From contig JBGSZB010000036.1 in the NCBI GenBank assembly GCA_041750555.1, positions 17,473-81,472 on the forward strand: DNA of 64,000 nucleotides, read 5' to 3'. Every line of letters starts with the position of its first letter. Within the stretch, counting starts at the first letter, position 1. Under the pieces are notes generated by a model, which worked only from the letters and a program-made list of their open reading frames with translations, ran no database searches and was not told the origin of the DNA. The stretch is from Candidatus Dojkabacteria bacterium (GTDB lineage: Bacteria > Patescibacteriota > Dojkabacteria > J137). Of the stretch, positions 39,888-50,786 are shown in pieces. Made by a program: the position numbers and the translations under genes.

Positions 39888-42203
39888 ATGAGTAAATTAC
39901 AACTAAATTTAAAAAAATTTAATATTAAGAAACCAAAATTAAGCAAATCATCCTTAAAAAGTTCTTTAAAGAGTATTGTTAATAGATTTAAATTTAAATT
40001 AAACTTAAGAGTATTACTTTCTCTTGTATCTAAAGAGCTATCACTCTTTTTCTCAACTCCTGTCGGATATATTATTACAATTGTATTTATTGTAGCTTTT
40101 GGTGTAATAGTATTTAGTGTTGCACAGTTTACCCAGTATGGAACAAGTGATTTAACTCAAATATTTGGTTATTTAGCATTTTTGCTAGCTATTGCAATTC
40201 CTGCAATTACTATGGGTTCCATATCTAGGGAGAAACAAAGTGGAACAATTGAATATATTTTAACTCAACCAATTAGAGAATCAGAATATGTTGTTTCTAA
40301 ATTAATATCATATTCATTAATTAGTATATTTTTAATATTAACTACAATTCCATTCAGTATTTATACTTCTACCTTAGTTCCACTAGATATAGGGCAACTT
40401 ATAATGCAATATATTGGAACTATTATCTTAAGTATATGTTTAGTAGGAGTTGGTGTTAGTGTTTCCTCAATATTTAAAAGTGAAATTCCATCATTTATTA
40501 CAAGTGTAGTAATAAGTGCAATATTAATTCTTTTAGGATCTCAATTACTTAGATTACCTGTAAGTTTAGATAGTATTGTAGATAAATTTAGTTTAATTTC
40601 TCATTACCAATCAATTTCAAGAGGTGTTTTAGAATTAAGAGATATCCTATACTTTATTGTATTTATTCTCTTAACATTTGTAATCTCCTTCTATTTAATA
40701 GCTAGGGAGAAGTATCCAAGTAATTCTAAAATTAAAACATATTTATCTAACTTAACAATATTTACTGTTGTATTAATTCTTTTTATTGGATACTTTGGTC
40801 AATTCATTAGATATAGAATTGATTTTACTAGTAATGATATATATACACTAAGTGATACAACAAATAATATAATAAATAATGCACAGGATGTAATTAACCT
40901 TGATCTATATCTTTCAAGTAATCTACCACTTGAATTACAATCTCAAGTTCGTGATGTTGAAAATATTTTAAGTGATTATGTAAGTTATTCTGCTGGAAAA
41001 GTTATATTAAACACATACAATCCCGATTTAGATAGTGAAGCTGAAAGTAAGGCTGAAAGTAATGGAGTAAGCCAAATTAGATTTCAAGTAAGTAGTACTG
41101 ATTCATCTTCAGTTAGTGTAGGATATTTTGGGTTAGTAGTTAATTACAAAGATCAAAAAGAAATTTTAGACTTTAGTAGTGAAGCTGTATTTAATAACGT
41201 AGAGTATGAGGTAAGTAAAAGAATATTAAAATTAACTAAAGAGGAAAAGGAAAATATATATTTCTTATCAAATAATGTAGATACTACAAGAAGTGGTAAT
41301 TATGCTACATTTAATTCTCTTTTAACTGAGTTATTTAATGTTAGTGATCTAGAAATTAATGATGATACAACACTACCTGAGGATATGGATGTATTAGTTA
41401 TTGCATCTCCTAATGGAGAATTTAGTGATGCAATCGTTAATAAAATTAGGGAGTATTTTAATAATGGTGGTTCAGTTATGCTACTATCTAATCCAATAAC
41501 TATTGTAGATTTAGAACAATCTCCTACTGAAAACAATGGAAGTTTAGCTAATCTTTTTGAAGATTATGGAGTAACTATCAATTCAAATATTGTATACGAT
41601 TTAGAAAGTAATAACTTAGTTAATGTTGGATATTTATTCCCTGTGAATTACCCTCTATGGATTATTCCAGATAACATAAATCAGAATAGTGCGGTTTTAA
41701 GAGAAGTTTCAAGATTATCACTTCTTTGGGCAAGTGAATTAAGTATTGATGAGTCTAAGGGTGCTGTTTCTTTAATTAAAACAACACAGGGATCTAATGT
41801 ATTTAACTTTAGTGAGTTAAACTTAAGTTTTGATCAACAATGGACATATAAATCATCAGATTCGTCTAAAAGTATTGCAGCATCAATTGAAAGGGATAAT
41901 GGGGGTAAAGCAATAATTGTTGGAGATGCTAAGTTCTTATCTGAGAACTTTGAATTAGTTAATCAACCAGATAACTTAAACTTTGGATTATCTTCTATTG
42001 AATGGTTATCTAATGCTGAATCAGTATCTAGTATCTTATCTAAAAACAGAGTAGCTGAGAAGATAATATTTACTGATACAGAGTCTAACTTAATATTAAT
42101 AGTTTCAATTGGTTTACCAATTGCTCTAGTAGTATTAATTGCAGGTGGTAGATACTATACAAGAAGAAAACAATCTAAGTTAAAGTATAGTGTTGGAAGT
42201 TAA
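39888..42203 (+). CDS. ABC-2 family permease fused to a GldG-like auxiliary extracytoplasmic domain with C-terminal TM anchor
   Basis: EKQSGTIEYILTQPI ABC-2 hallmark and 6 TM helices in the first ~260 aa. Then a ~450-aa exported domain and a terminal TM (IALVVLIAGGRYYTRRKQ). Adjacent to the ATPase. Confidence 0.55.
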   Translation: MSKLQLNLKKFNIKKPKLSKSSLKSSLKSIVNRFKFKLNLRVLLSLVSKELSLFFSTPVGYIITIVFIVAFGVIVFSVAQFTQYGTSDLTQIFGYLAFLLAIAIPAITMGSISREKQSGTIEYILTQPIRESEYVVSKLISYSLISIFLILTTIPFSIYTSTLVPLDIGQLIMQYIGTIILSICLVGVGVSVSSIFKSEIPSFITSVVISAILILLGSQLLRLPVSLDSIVDKFSLISHYQSISRGVLELRDILYFIVFILLTFVISFYLIAREKYPSNSKIKTYLSNLTIFTVVLILFIGYFGQFIRYRIDFTSNDIYTLSDTTNNIINNAQDVINLDLYLSSNLPLELQSQVRDVENILSDYVSYSAGKVILNTYNPDLDSEAESKAESNGVSQIRFQVSSTDSSSVSVGYFGLVVNYKDQKEILDFSSEAVFNNVEYEVSKRILKLTKEEKENIYFLSNNVDTTRSGNYATFNSLLTELFNVSDLEINDDTTLPEDMDVLVIASPNGEFSDAIVNKIREYFNNGGSVMLLSNPITIVDLEQSPTENNGSLANLFEDYGVTINSNIVYDLESNNLVNVGYLFPVNYPLWIIPDNINQNSAVLREVSRLSLLWASELSIDESKGAVSLIKTTQGSNVFNFSELNLSFDQQWTYKSSDSSKSIAASIERDNGGKAIIVGDAKFLSENFELVNQPDNLNFGLSSIEWLSNAESVSSILSKNRVAEKIIFTDTESNLILIVSIGLPIALVVLIAGGRYYTRRKQSKLKYSVGS

Positions 42204-43159
42204 ATAATTTTAGCTAAAACTAAAAACTCTACAATTAAAAGAGAAGAATATAGTCCCATTAATACAAAACCCTCTAACTTTGTAATAGTTTTACCAGTCC
42301 ATGAAGCAACTCCAAAAAGAATAATAGATATTGTTAAAATGGTTAGAGTAGGAGTTAATTCAACCCCATTGTTAATATTAAATCCACCTGAAAGTATAGC
42401 TAGTATCCCAAGTATACCAACATTAGCACATGCACTACCTAAAAAGTTTCCTAGTAATAAGTTCTCACTATCATTATCTTCTCTTTTAGAAGTTAATAAT
42501 ACAGAAAGTTCTGGTAAATTAGTACCAAATCCTAAAAGAAGAACACCTACAATACTTGGAGGAATTAGTAAAAGAAGAGCTAATTCACTAGATAAATCTA
42601 CAATAAATTTAGACGCAATAATTAATAAAAAGATACCAATAAAACTTTTAACTAATAAATGTAATAGTTTTTTAATATTAACCTTAACATGTTTTTTTAA
42701 AGCATTGCCATTTAAAGCTTTGTTTAAATACAATATATAAAGGACATAGGTGAATAATAGAAATATACCTTCAACAACTGTTAATCTAAAATCAATTACA
42801 CTAATTACCCCAAGGGAGATTAAACCTAATCCTGTAATAATCTCTTTCTCTCTAAACCTTCTTTGTAATTTAATACCTCTATACTTAATAGCAGAAAACC
42901 CAACTATTAATGTTAAAAGTACTGCTTGAGCACCAAATAGATTACCTAGTGATAATGTAGGTACTTCTTGACTTGATTGAATAGCAACTGATATTTCGGG
43001 TAAGGATGTTAATACCCCTAGTATTGCAAATCCTACAAAAACCTCATTAAGTTTTAACTTCTTAGCTAAAAAAACAAAACTTTCTTCTACAAGTCCAGCT
43101 GATCTAACTAAAATAAATATTAATACTACTAATCCTAAAATTATTACTCCTAGTTCCAT
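42200..43159 (-). CDS. Ca2+/cation antiporter (CaCA family, YrbG-like)
   Basis: Two alpha-repeat motifs (LTSLPEISVAI and GFGTNLPELSVLL). About 10 TM helices. Confidence 0.65.
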   Translation of the reverse strand: MELGVIILGLVVLIFILVRSAGLVEESFVFLAKKLKLNEVFVGFAILGVLTSLPEISVAIQSSQEVPTLSLGNLFGAQAVLLTLIVGFSAIKYRGIKLQRRFREKEIITGLGLISLGVISVIDFRLTVVEGIFLLFTYVLYILYLNKALNGNALKKHVKVNIKKLLHLLVKSFIGIFLLIIASKFIVDLSSELALLLLIPPSIVGVLLLGFGTNLPELSVLLTSKREDNDSENLLLGNFLGSACANVGILGILAILSGGFNINNGVELTPTLTILTISIILFGVASWTGKTITKLEGFVLMGLYSSLLIVEFLVLAKII

Positions 43160-43217
43160 AAGATATTTTAACTGTTCTAACTATCTAGTATACTGTAATA
43201 AATAAAGAAAATTAAGT

Positions 43218-45071
43218 ATGTTAGAAAAATTAGAACAGATATCAAAAAACTTAAGATATTGGATAATTAAATCTACAACAAAAGCAGGCTCTGGTCACTT
43301 AACATCAAGCTTATCTGCAGTTGAATTAATGAGTGTGTTGTTTTTTTCAGGAATTTTGAAATATGATATCTCTAATCCAAAAGATATATCTAATGATAAG
43401 ATAATATTTTCCAAAGGACATGCTGCTCCTCTTCTTTATTCTCTATTTGCATTAGCTGGAGGTATAAAATTTAATGAACTATTAACCCTAAGAGAATTTG
43501 GATCAGTTTTAGAGGGACATCCATCTGTTAGATTACCATTTGTAGATGCTGCAACAGGATCCCTAGGACAAGGATTGTCAGTTGGAGTAGGGATGGCGTT
43601 AAATGCTAAATATTTAGATAAATTAGATTACAAGACATATGTATTACTAGGTGATGGAGAAACAGAAGAGGGTCAAATCTGGGAAGCATGCCAAATTGCG
43701 AGTACTTACAATTTAAACAACTTAATAGCAATTGTAGATATTAATACATTTGAACAAAGTACTAAAACAATTCATGGGGGAGAGATATTAAGATACAAAG
43801 AGAAATTTCAAGCTTTTGGTTGGGATACATATATACTTGATGACGGTCATGATATTAATAAAGTGTTAAAAACATTTAACTCAATAGATTTTAATATTAA
43901 CCATCCTAAAGTAATTTTAGCTTCTACAATTAAAGGAGCAGGTGTTTCATTTATTGAGAATAAAATGGAGTGGCATTCTAAAACATTAAGTGAAGAAGAC
44001 TCTATTAAAGCCATAAATGAGTTAGATATTAAAGATTTAAATAGTGTAAATACAGTTTTTGAAATTGAAAAACCTGACATTATTCAAACGAGTCAATATG
44101 TTAAAAAAGAAGCAAGTAGTTTTAAATTAAATACAGAGCTATTCTCATTAAATTTAAATGAAAAACTAGCTACTAAAAATGTTGTAGGAGATATTTTAAA
44201 TAAATTAGGAAGTGATAATGAAGATTTAGTTGTATTAGATGCAGGAGTAGATAATTCAACTTCTACACAAAAGTTTAAAGAGAAATATCCTGATAGGTTC
44301 TTTCAAATGTATATATCAGAACAAAATATGGTATCAACTGCTGTAGGGTTATCTAAGGTTGGTAAAATTCCATTTGTTTCTACATTTGGAGCATTTTTTA
44401 CAAGAAGCTTTGATCAGATACGTATGGCTTCATATTCAAAAGCAAATATTAAATTAATTGGAGCATATTCTGGAACATCATTAGGTAAGGATGGTTTTTC
44501 TCAAATGGCTTTGGAAGATATCTCAATGATGAGAAGTGTTAGAGATTCAGTAATTCTTTACCCAAGTGATGCACTATCAACGCTAAAAGCTCTTGAATTA
44601 GCCTTAAACTTTAATGGCTTGGTATATATTAAAACAACTAGAGAACCAACAAACAATGTAAATACAGATTTAACTAATATTAATATTGGAGATCATATAT
44701 TACTTAGAGATTTAGAGAACCCTAAAGTTACTATTATATCTTCTGGTATTACACTACATGAATCACTTATAGCACATGATAAATTACTAGAACAAGATAT
44801 TAATACTCAAGTTATTGATCTTTTTACTATTAAACCGCTTGATTCTGTAAAGTTACTTAAGAGTATTAAATCAACAAAGATATTAGTTGTAGAGGATCAT
44901 CATAGTGAGGGAGGTATATTTGAAGCTGTTACATCTAGTTTAATTAACAATAACTTAAGTTTTTATTCCTTAAGTGTTAAAAAGATGCCTCAGAGTGGTG
45001 AACCAAGCGAACTTTTAGCTTATGAAGAGATAGATTCTAATGCAATTATTAGAAAAGTTTTAGAGCTTTAA
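43218..45071 (+). CDS. tkt: transketolase (N- and C-terminal halves fused, short form)
   Basis: TPP-binding SGHLTSSLSAVELMSVLFF and GDGETEEGQIWEA. C-terminal pyrimidine-binding and C-terminal domains. 617 aa. Confidence 0.85.
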   Translation: MLEKLEQISKNLRYWIIKSTTKAGSGHLTSSLSAVELMSVLFFSGILKYDISNPKDISNDKIIFSKGHAAPLLYSLFALAGGIKFNELLTLREFGSVLEGHPSVRLPFVDAATGSLGQGLSVGVGMALNAKYLDKLDYKTYVLLGDGETEEGQIWEACQIASTYNLNNLIAIVDINTFEQSTKTIHGGEILRYKEKFQAFGWDTYILDDGHDINKVLKTFNSIDFNINHPKVILASTIKGAGVSFIENKMEWHSKTLSEEDSIKAINELDIKDLNSVNTVFEIEKPDIIQTSQYVKKEASSFKLNTELFSLNLNEKLATKNVVGDILNKLGSDNEDLVVLDAGVDNSTSTQKFKEKYPDRFFQMYISEQNMVSTAVGLSKVGKIPFVSTFGAFFTRSFDQIRMASYSKANIKLIGAYSGTSLGKDGFSQMALEDISMMRSVRDSVILYPSDALSTLKALELALNFNGLVYIKTTREPTNNVNTDLTNINIGDHILLRDLENPKVTIISSGITLHESLIAHDKLLEQDINTQVIDLFTIKPLDSVKLLKSIKSTKILVVEDHHSEGGIFEAVTSSLINNNLSFYSLSVKKMPQSGEPSELLAYEEIDSNAIIRKVLEL

Positions 45072-45095
45072 ACTTAATAAAAGATATACCATGTA

Positions 45096-46397
45096 TTAAA
45101 TCTTTAGGGAATTAATATTTTTAATATTAATTGATGAGTTAATATTGCTAAACCCTAATCTTTTAGCTTCTTTAATACGTTTATCCTGCATAAATACTTT
45201 TCTAATCTCTCCCGTTAATCCTACTTCTCCGAAGTAAACATTGTTTTTTGGAATAGGAGTATCTTTAATACTAGAGATAATTGATGAAATTATTGCTAAA
45301 TCTATTGCAGGATCATTAATTTTAATACCACCTGTTACATTTACAAACACATCGTATTCCCATACTTTAATTTTTAAACGTTTTTCAATAATTGCAATAA
45401 GTATAAATAAACGATTTAAGTCAAATCCTGAAGTTGCTCTTCTTGGATTACTAAAGTATGTCTTAGTAGCTAGGGCTTGTATTTCAATAGCAACTGATCT
45501 TGTTCCCTCTAATGCAATTGTATAGCATGATCCAGAAGATTCCTCAGATGATTGAGTAAATAGCTCTTTAGTGTCACTAATACTTTTTAAACCATCTTGT
45601 TCCATTTTAAATAATCCTGCCTCGTCTGAGGGTCCAAATCTATTTTTTTCAACCTTTAATATTCTTAACTCTAATCTTTTTTCACCCTCTAAATACAATA
45701 CAGTATCTACCATATGTTCAATAATTTTTGGTCCTGCAATATCTCCTGATTTAGTTACATGACCAATAAGTATTGTTGTAATATCTAATCCCTTAGCTAG
45801 GGAAGTTAATCTATTAGAGCTCTCTGCAACTTGAGATACTGAACCTGTACTTGAATTTAAATCAGGTGAATAAAGTGTTTGAATAGAATCTACTACTAGA
45901 AAATCTATATCACTAGAGTGTGATGCAATATATGTTTCTAATGCATTTACATTATTCTCACTTACAAACTCAACATTTTTTAATTTCAATTTTAATCTAT
46001 CAGCTCTATCTTTAATTTGGTAAGGAGATTCTTCACCTGCAATGTATAAAATATTTAAACCCTGAAGTGATAATTCTTCAATAATTTGTAGAGTTAATGT
46101 ACTTTTACCAATGCCTGGTTCTCCTGAAAAAAGAATTACTTGTCCTTTAATAAGTCTACCTCCTAATGCATTATCAAATTCAGATATATTAGTTTTAATA
46201 ATATCTTTTCTTTTTGTTGCTGTTATATTATCTAATTTTACAGGAGTTATCTTGACATCTTTCGTAGCCTTTTTACTTTTAACATTTCTACTAGTTAATC
46301 CACCTTCTTTTTCAACTAAGGTATTCCACATTTTACAGCTTTCACACTGTCCCATCCATTTAAGGAATTCTTTATTACAATTTGAACATATGTACAT
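45096..46397 (-). CDS. radA: DNA repair protein RadA/Sms
   Basis: C4 zinc finger CSNCNKEF..CESC. Walker A GEPGIGKST. KNRFG motif. Lon-like C-terminal domain. Confidence 0.9.
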   Translation of the reverse strand: MYICSNCNKEFLKWMGQCESCKMWNTLVEKEGGLTSRNVKSKKATKDVKITPVKLDNITATKRKDIIKTNISEFDNALGGRLIKGQVILFSGEPGIGKSTLTLQIIEELSLQGLNILYIAGEESPYQIKDRADRLKLKLKNVEFVSENNVNALETYIASHSSDIDFLVVDSIQTLYSPDLNSSTGSVSQVAESSNRLTSLAKGLDITTILIGHVTKSGDIAGPKIIEHMVDTVLYLEGEKRLELRILKVEKNRFGPSDEAGLFKMEQDGLKSISDTKELFTQSSEESSGSCYTIALEGTRSVAIEIQALATKTYFSNPRRATSGFDLNRLFILIAIIEKRLKIKVWEYDVFVNVTGGIKINDPAIDLAIISSIISSIKDTPIPKNNVYFGEVGLTGEIRKVFMQDKRIKEAKRLGFSNINSSINIKNINSLKI

Positions 46398-46454
46398 ATT
46401 TAGGTTAGAATCTATCTTTGAGTATACATTATATTAGTTATTTTTTACAAAGTT

Positions 46455-46958
46455 ATGACTAAAAAGATAGATGGTATTGATTATCAAGAAATGAATGTTC
46501 AATTTCATTCAATTATTTCAATTTCACATATAGAATTATTTGATCCAGAGCTTTTAGAGTTTGTAGAGGCTGTGAAAAATCTTGATTACAATTTCTTATA
46601 TGGTAGAGGATGTGAGTTAAGAAACAAGGTTCTAACGGAAATAATACGTTCACCTTTAAGTTTACAGATAAGTTATGATGAGGGTTATATAAATTTAATC
46701 AAGAAATTAAGCATTCTTTTTTTTGGATTATTAAATGATGGAAAAACTTGGATTGATATAGCTGACTATAGTGATGGTTTTTCACAAGACTATGACAAAA
46801 TGGATCTTTACGCTCTGAGGAATATAGTAAATGCACGTATAAAAAACTTATTTGAAAATCAAAATCCAATGGAATTTAAATCCAGAATTAGAATTATTTT
46901 AAAAATGCTTGCAATAATTCTTACACACAGGGATTTTACTCACCTAACTTCATCTTAG
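46455..46958 (+). CDS. hypothetical protein
   Basis: 167-aa ORF with no motif recognised. Confidence 0.35.
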   Translation: MTKKIDGIDYQEMNVQFHSIISISHIELFDPELLEFVEAVKNLDYNFLYGRGCELRNKVLTEIIRSPLSLQISYDEGYINLIKKLSILFFGLLNDGKTWIDIADYSDGFSQDYDKMDLYALRNIVNARIKNLFENQNPMEFKSRIRIILKMLAIILTHRDFTHLTSS

Positions 46959-48099
46959 AAGTATTAGCTTTACTTAAAATACTAGATTCAAAAGTGTAAG
47001 TTAGTTTCTCTTTTTTGTTAAAACTCTCAAGAGAGTAATCTATTAAGTTTTTAAGTAATTCATTTAACTCCATACCACTTTTCTTCCATAAATGGTGATA
47101 AATAGTTCCGGGTAATGTATTTATTTCATTTGCATAAAACTTTTTGTAGGTTCTATTGTATAAGAAATCAATTCTTGCAATACCTAGACATTCAAATGAT
47201 CTATAAATTTCAAGAGCCATATTAGTAATAGCTTCAGTAGTTTTTTTATCAAGCTCTGCTGGAATTACTAATTTCTTTTCTGCATTTCCAGTTTGAGCTC
47301 CTCCATCTGAAATATATTTATCTTCATAAGTAAATAGATCTTTAGTAAATATACTTTCTTGAATTAATGAGGCTTTAGGATTTGTATTTCCAATTACTGC
47401 AATAGTTAAATCACTTAAGTCTGTAATTAATTCTTCTACAATTACCTTTGTATCATAATGAAGGGCAACTTCAATAGCATTAATTAACTCTTTATCAGAA
47501 TTAGCCTTAGATATACCAATTGAAGAACCTAAGCTTGATGGTTTAATAATAACAGGCCATGGTAAATTAGCTTTAATATCTTTTAAAACATTATCACTAT
47601 TCTCAAGATATTGATCTTTACTAAAGAATACAAACTTAGCAGTAGGAATGTTAAATCTTTGATACATTAACTTTGTTAATACCTTATCAATAGTTATACC
47701 ACTAGTAGTTACATTACAACCAACATATGGAATATTTAATAGCTCAAAAACTCCCTGTATGGTACCATCCTCACCATTTCGTCCATGAAGGGCAGGGAAT
47801 GCTAATTCAATACTTACTTCGTTACTAAAGAGTGTTTTAGGAATTAATACTATGCCATTGTTTTTCTTAGTAAAACTTAAACTTATTCTTTTAGCGTTTT
47901 TAAATTCTTGATTTTTTAAATTTTTAAAGTAATTAATGTCTTTAAACTCTTCACTATAAAGCCACTCACCTTTTTTTGTGATATAAACAGGAATTACATT
48001 ATGTCCTAAATCAATTAAACCTTTAATTACTAAGTTTCCTGTAATTATTGATACATCATGTTCAGGGTTTCTTCCTCCGAAAAATACTCCTATATTCAT
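46936..48099 (-). CDS. ddl: D-alanine--D-alanine ligase
   Basis: ATP-grasp. FFGGRNPEHDVSI N-terminus and ALHGRNGEDGTIQGVFELLNIPYVGC. Confidence 0.85.
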   Translation of the reverse strand: MNIGVFFGGRNPEHDVSIITGNLVIKGLIDLGHNVIPVYITKKGEWLYSEEFKDINYFKNLKNQEFKNAKRISLSFTKKNNGIVLIPKTLFSNEVSIELAFPALHGRNGEDGTIQGVFELLNIPYVGCNVTTSGITIDKVLTKLMYQRFNIPTAKFVFFSKDQYLENSDNVLKDIKANLPWPVIIKPSSLGSSIGISKANSDKELINAIEVALHYDTKVIVEELITDLSDLTIAVIGNTNPKASLIQESIFTKDLFTYEDKYISDGGAQTGNAEKKLVIPAELDKKTTEAITNMALEIYRSFECLGIARIDFLYNRTYKKFYANEINTLPGTIYHHLWKKSGMELNELLKNLIDYSLESFNKKEKLTYTFESSILSKANTSKMKLGE

Positions 48100-48167
48100 T
48101 TTTAATCTCTAATAACTAAATTCATTACTTGTCTATGATAATACGAAAACTAAATTTTGATAATATC

Positions 48168-49661
48168 CTAGAAGTAATTATCACTCCAATCGTTTTGCAT
48201 TAGTACAACATCGTTTGGTTTTAAATGTTTAAATAGCTCTTTATATGCTCTTTCTCCCATCTCATACCATATTATATTTTCTTCCTTAAAGCCCTCGCTT
48301 ATTAAACTCTCATAAATATATTTTGTAGATGAATTTTTTATTAATATTACTAAATCAGCAACGTTAGATAACCTTAATCCCACTTCTAAATGAATATCAC
48401 GGGTTAAATTTCCAGCTTCTACAATTCCTGGAGTTAAATATACTTTTCTTCTGCCTTTAAATCTATTTAAAACATTAATACCTTCAAAAAATCCATTAGA
48501 GTTTCCATTATATGTATCATCAATTAAAAGTATATTATCATTTAAATGTTTGGGCTCTAACCTATGTTCAAATGGTTTAATTAGAGCTGTAGCTAACTTA
48601 AATTCGCTTTTGTTAACTCCTAAGAATTCTCCAATTACAAGACTCATAGCTACATACCCTATAATATATTCTGTTACGAATGGTAGTTTAATATTTTCAA
48701 TATTTAAATCTTTATACTTTAAATCAAATTCTATTAAAGCTTTATCTAAATCAAATTTAACTTCACTTGATTTAACATTACTAAGTTTAGAATTATGTGA
48801 GCTAAAAAATTTAATATTATCCTCATTAAAGTTATTAATTCTCTCTTTATTTAAATACTTTTTGTATTCACTAACTATTAATTCATCATCACCATTTAAT
48901 AGTATTAAAGAGTTATCTTTTGATCCCTCTACAATTTCAAATTTAGTTGATATTGCATTCTCCATTGATCCATAACGTTCTAAATGAGCTTCATTAATAC
49001 CTGTTATTATTGAGATATTAGGAGGAGTTAATTTTGTAATTTCTAAAACATCACCTTTATAGTATTCTCCCATTTCAACTATAAAAATCTCAGTTTGAGA
49101 ATTAATATTATTAAATATTGTTCTTGCAATACCAATAGGTGTATTGTTATTCCCTTGTGTTGCAACTACATTAAATTTTTCTTTAAGAATTGTATAAAGT
49201 ACTTCTTTAGCACTTGTTTTACCATAACTTCCTGTTATCCCAATAATTTTAATATTTGGAAAAGTATTTAACTTTATCTTTGCATTCTTAATTATTCTTC
49301 TCTTTAAAACTTCTTCAAAAGGTTTAGTTAATGTACTAGCTTGTATAGCAAATATGAAATGGAATATATCAAGGATATATAGTGTTAAGAGATAAATTAG
49401 TATATGAATATAAATATTAGTAAATTCACTTATAAATGAATTTAGTAAGTATGTAATTATAAATGCGAATATTAATTTTAGAAGTATTGCTAATGCAATA
49501 TTTAATATAGCTTTACTAGTATAAACTAAGGGTTTTCTAGTTTTTCTATAAAAAAAACCATTATGAAATATTGAGTTTAAAAATCTAACATAATCATATT
49601 CTTCTAATTGAAATATATATGTTTGATAAGCAATTATTCTCCAAGGATAAAATTTATTCAT
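48168..49661 (-). CDS. murF: UDP-MurNAc-tripeptide--D-Ala-D-Ala ligase (MurF) with an unusual ~120-aa multi-TM N-terminal extension
   Basis: GITGSYGKTS P-loop and DDTYNGNSNGF (MurF DDSYNAN-type). The N-terminus has about 3 predicted TM helices. Forms an operon with ddl. Confidence 0.75.
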   Translation of the reverse strand: MNKFYPWRIIAYQTYIFQLEEYDYVRFLNSIFHNGFFYRKTRKPLVYTSKAILNIALAILLKLIFAFIITYLLNSFISEFTNIYIHILIYLLTLYILDIFHFIFAIQASTLTKPFEEVLKRRIIKNAKIKLNTFPNIKIIGITGSYGKTSAKEVLYTILKEKFNVVATQGNNNTPIGIARTIFNNINSQTEIFIVEMGEYYKGDVLEITKLTPPNISIITGINEAHLERYGSMENAISTKFEIVEGSKDNSLILLNGDDELIVSEYKKYLNKERINNFNEDNIKFFSSHNSKLSNVKSSEVKFDLDKALIEFDLKYKDLNIENIKLPFVTEYIIGYVAMSLVIGEFLGVNKSEFKLATALIKPFEHRLEPKHLNDNILLIDDTYNGNSNGFFEGINVLNRFKGRRKVYLTPGIVEAGNLTRDIHLEVGLRLSNVADLVILIKNSSTKYIYESLISEGFKEENIIWYEMGERAYKELFKHLKPNDVVLMQNDWSDNYF

Positions 49662-50430
49662 TTATATATTTAATTAATACTTCTCTAAATTTATCACTAT
49701 TATCTAGAAATGGAAAATGTTTAGCATTTTCTATAATTTCAAGCTTTGAGTTTTTAATGTTGTTATTTAAAAAATGGGCATCACTTAATGGAGTAGCTGG
49801 ATTGTCATCATTTTCTCCCCATATAATTAATGTATTAATATTAATTAAGGGTATTCTTGGTGTTAAATCTTCATTAACAATGTTTTTAAATGTGTTTCTA
49901 AGTGTTTTAAAGTTAATGTAATCATCAGATCCCCATAGTTTAATAATGCTTTCCCTAAAATTACTAAGTAGGGGTAGATTAAATATTACTTTTAAAGGTT
50001 TTAATATATTTTTAGATTTAGAGTTAATTGAATTATCATTGTGGTTTATTCCTGCACTATCTACTAATATTAAATTATTTAGTATTTTATTTATTTGATT
50101 ATTACTTCCAAATTTAATACCAATCCTTCCACCTAATGAATGCCCTATATATGTAATATCTTTTAATTCTAATTTCTGTATAAATTGAAGTATTGTTTCT
50201 AAATATTTATCTAGTGTATAGTTATCACTCTTTAATTCTGATTTACCAAATCCAGGTAGATCTAAGCAATATATATTAAATTTATCTTTAAACTCGTTAT
50301 TAAATACTTTAAACCATAGTTCAGAGTTACTTCCCCAACCATGGATAAAAAGAAGAACTGGTTTATTAATGTTACTATTTGTATAGTAGGTTAAAAGATT
50401 ATCATCAATTAATATTTGTTTCTGATCCAT
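49654..50430 (-). CDS. alpha/beta-fold hydrolase
   Basis: GHSLGG nucleophile elbow. HGWGSN oxyanion region. C-terminal His. Confidence 0.7.
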   Translation of the reverse strand: MDQKQILIDDNLLTYYTNSNINKPVLLFIHGWGSNSELWFKVFNNEFKDKFNIYCLDLPGFGKSELKSDNYTLDKYLETILQFIQKLELKDITYIGHSLGGRIGIKFGSNNQINKILNNLILVDSAGINHNDNSINSKSKNILKPLKVIFNLPLLSNFRESIIKLWGSDDYINFKTLRNTFKNIVNEDLTPRIPLININTLIIWGENDDNPATPLSDAHFLNNNIKNSKLEIIENAKHFPFLDNSDKFREVLIKYINE

Positions 50431-50431
50431 A

Positions 50432-50677
50432 TTATTTGGGAGTTATCATTTTTTGTATTAATCTATTTATTGTATCAGATAAACTGTTTAATTTGTTTAC
50501 ATGATCATCTTGAACACGTTTTAAACTATTAGCGTAATTATTTGCTATATCTTCTAATTGTTTACTATATCCCTCTAAAGTTGATCTATCAGATTGAGGT
50601 TGATTAGGATCAGCTAATAACTGTGTTATTTGTGTTTTTAAATTATTTATTGTTCCAACTATTTCTCCTGGATTCAT
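50432..50677 (-). CDS. small coiled-coil hypothetical protein
   Basis: 81 aa, heptad-like pattern. Abuts the hydrolase gene. Confidence 0.35.
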   Translation of the reverse strand: MNPGEIVGTINNLKTQITQLLADPNQPQSDRSTLEGYSKQLEDIANNYANSLKRVQDDHVNKLNSLSDTINRLIQKMITPK

Positions 50678-50786
50678 AAAACTATTTAACTATATACATT
50701 TTACCATCAAATAGTATCCTGTAGTATTTTTATGGTTGCAGAAGATATATATGTGGTAATAAACTATCTTTGTTTAAAAGAATATA

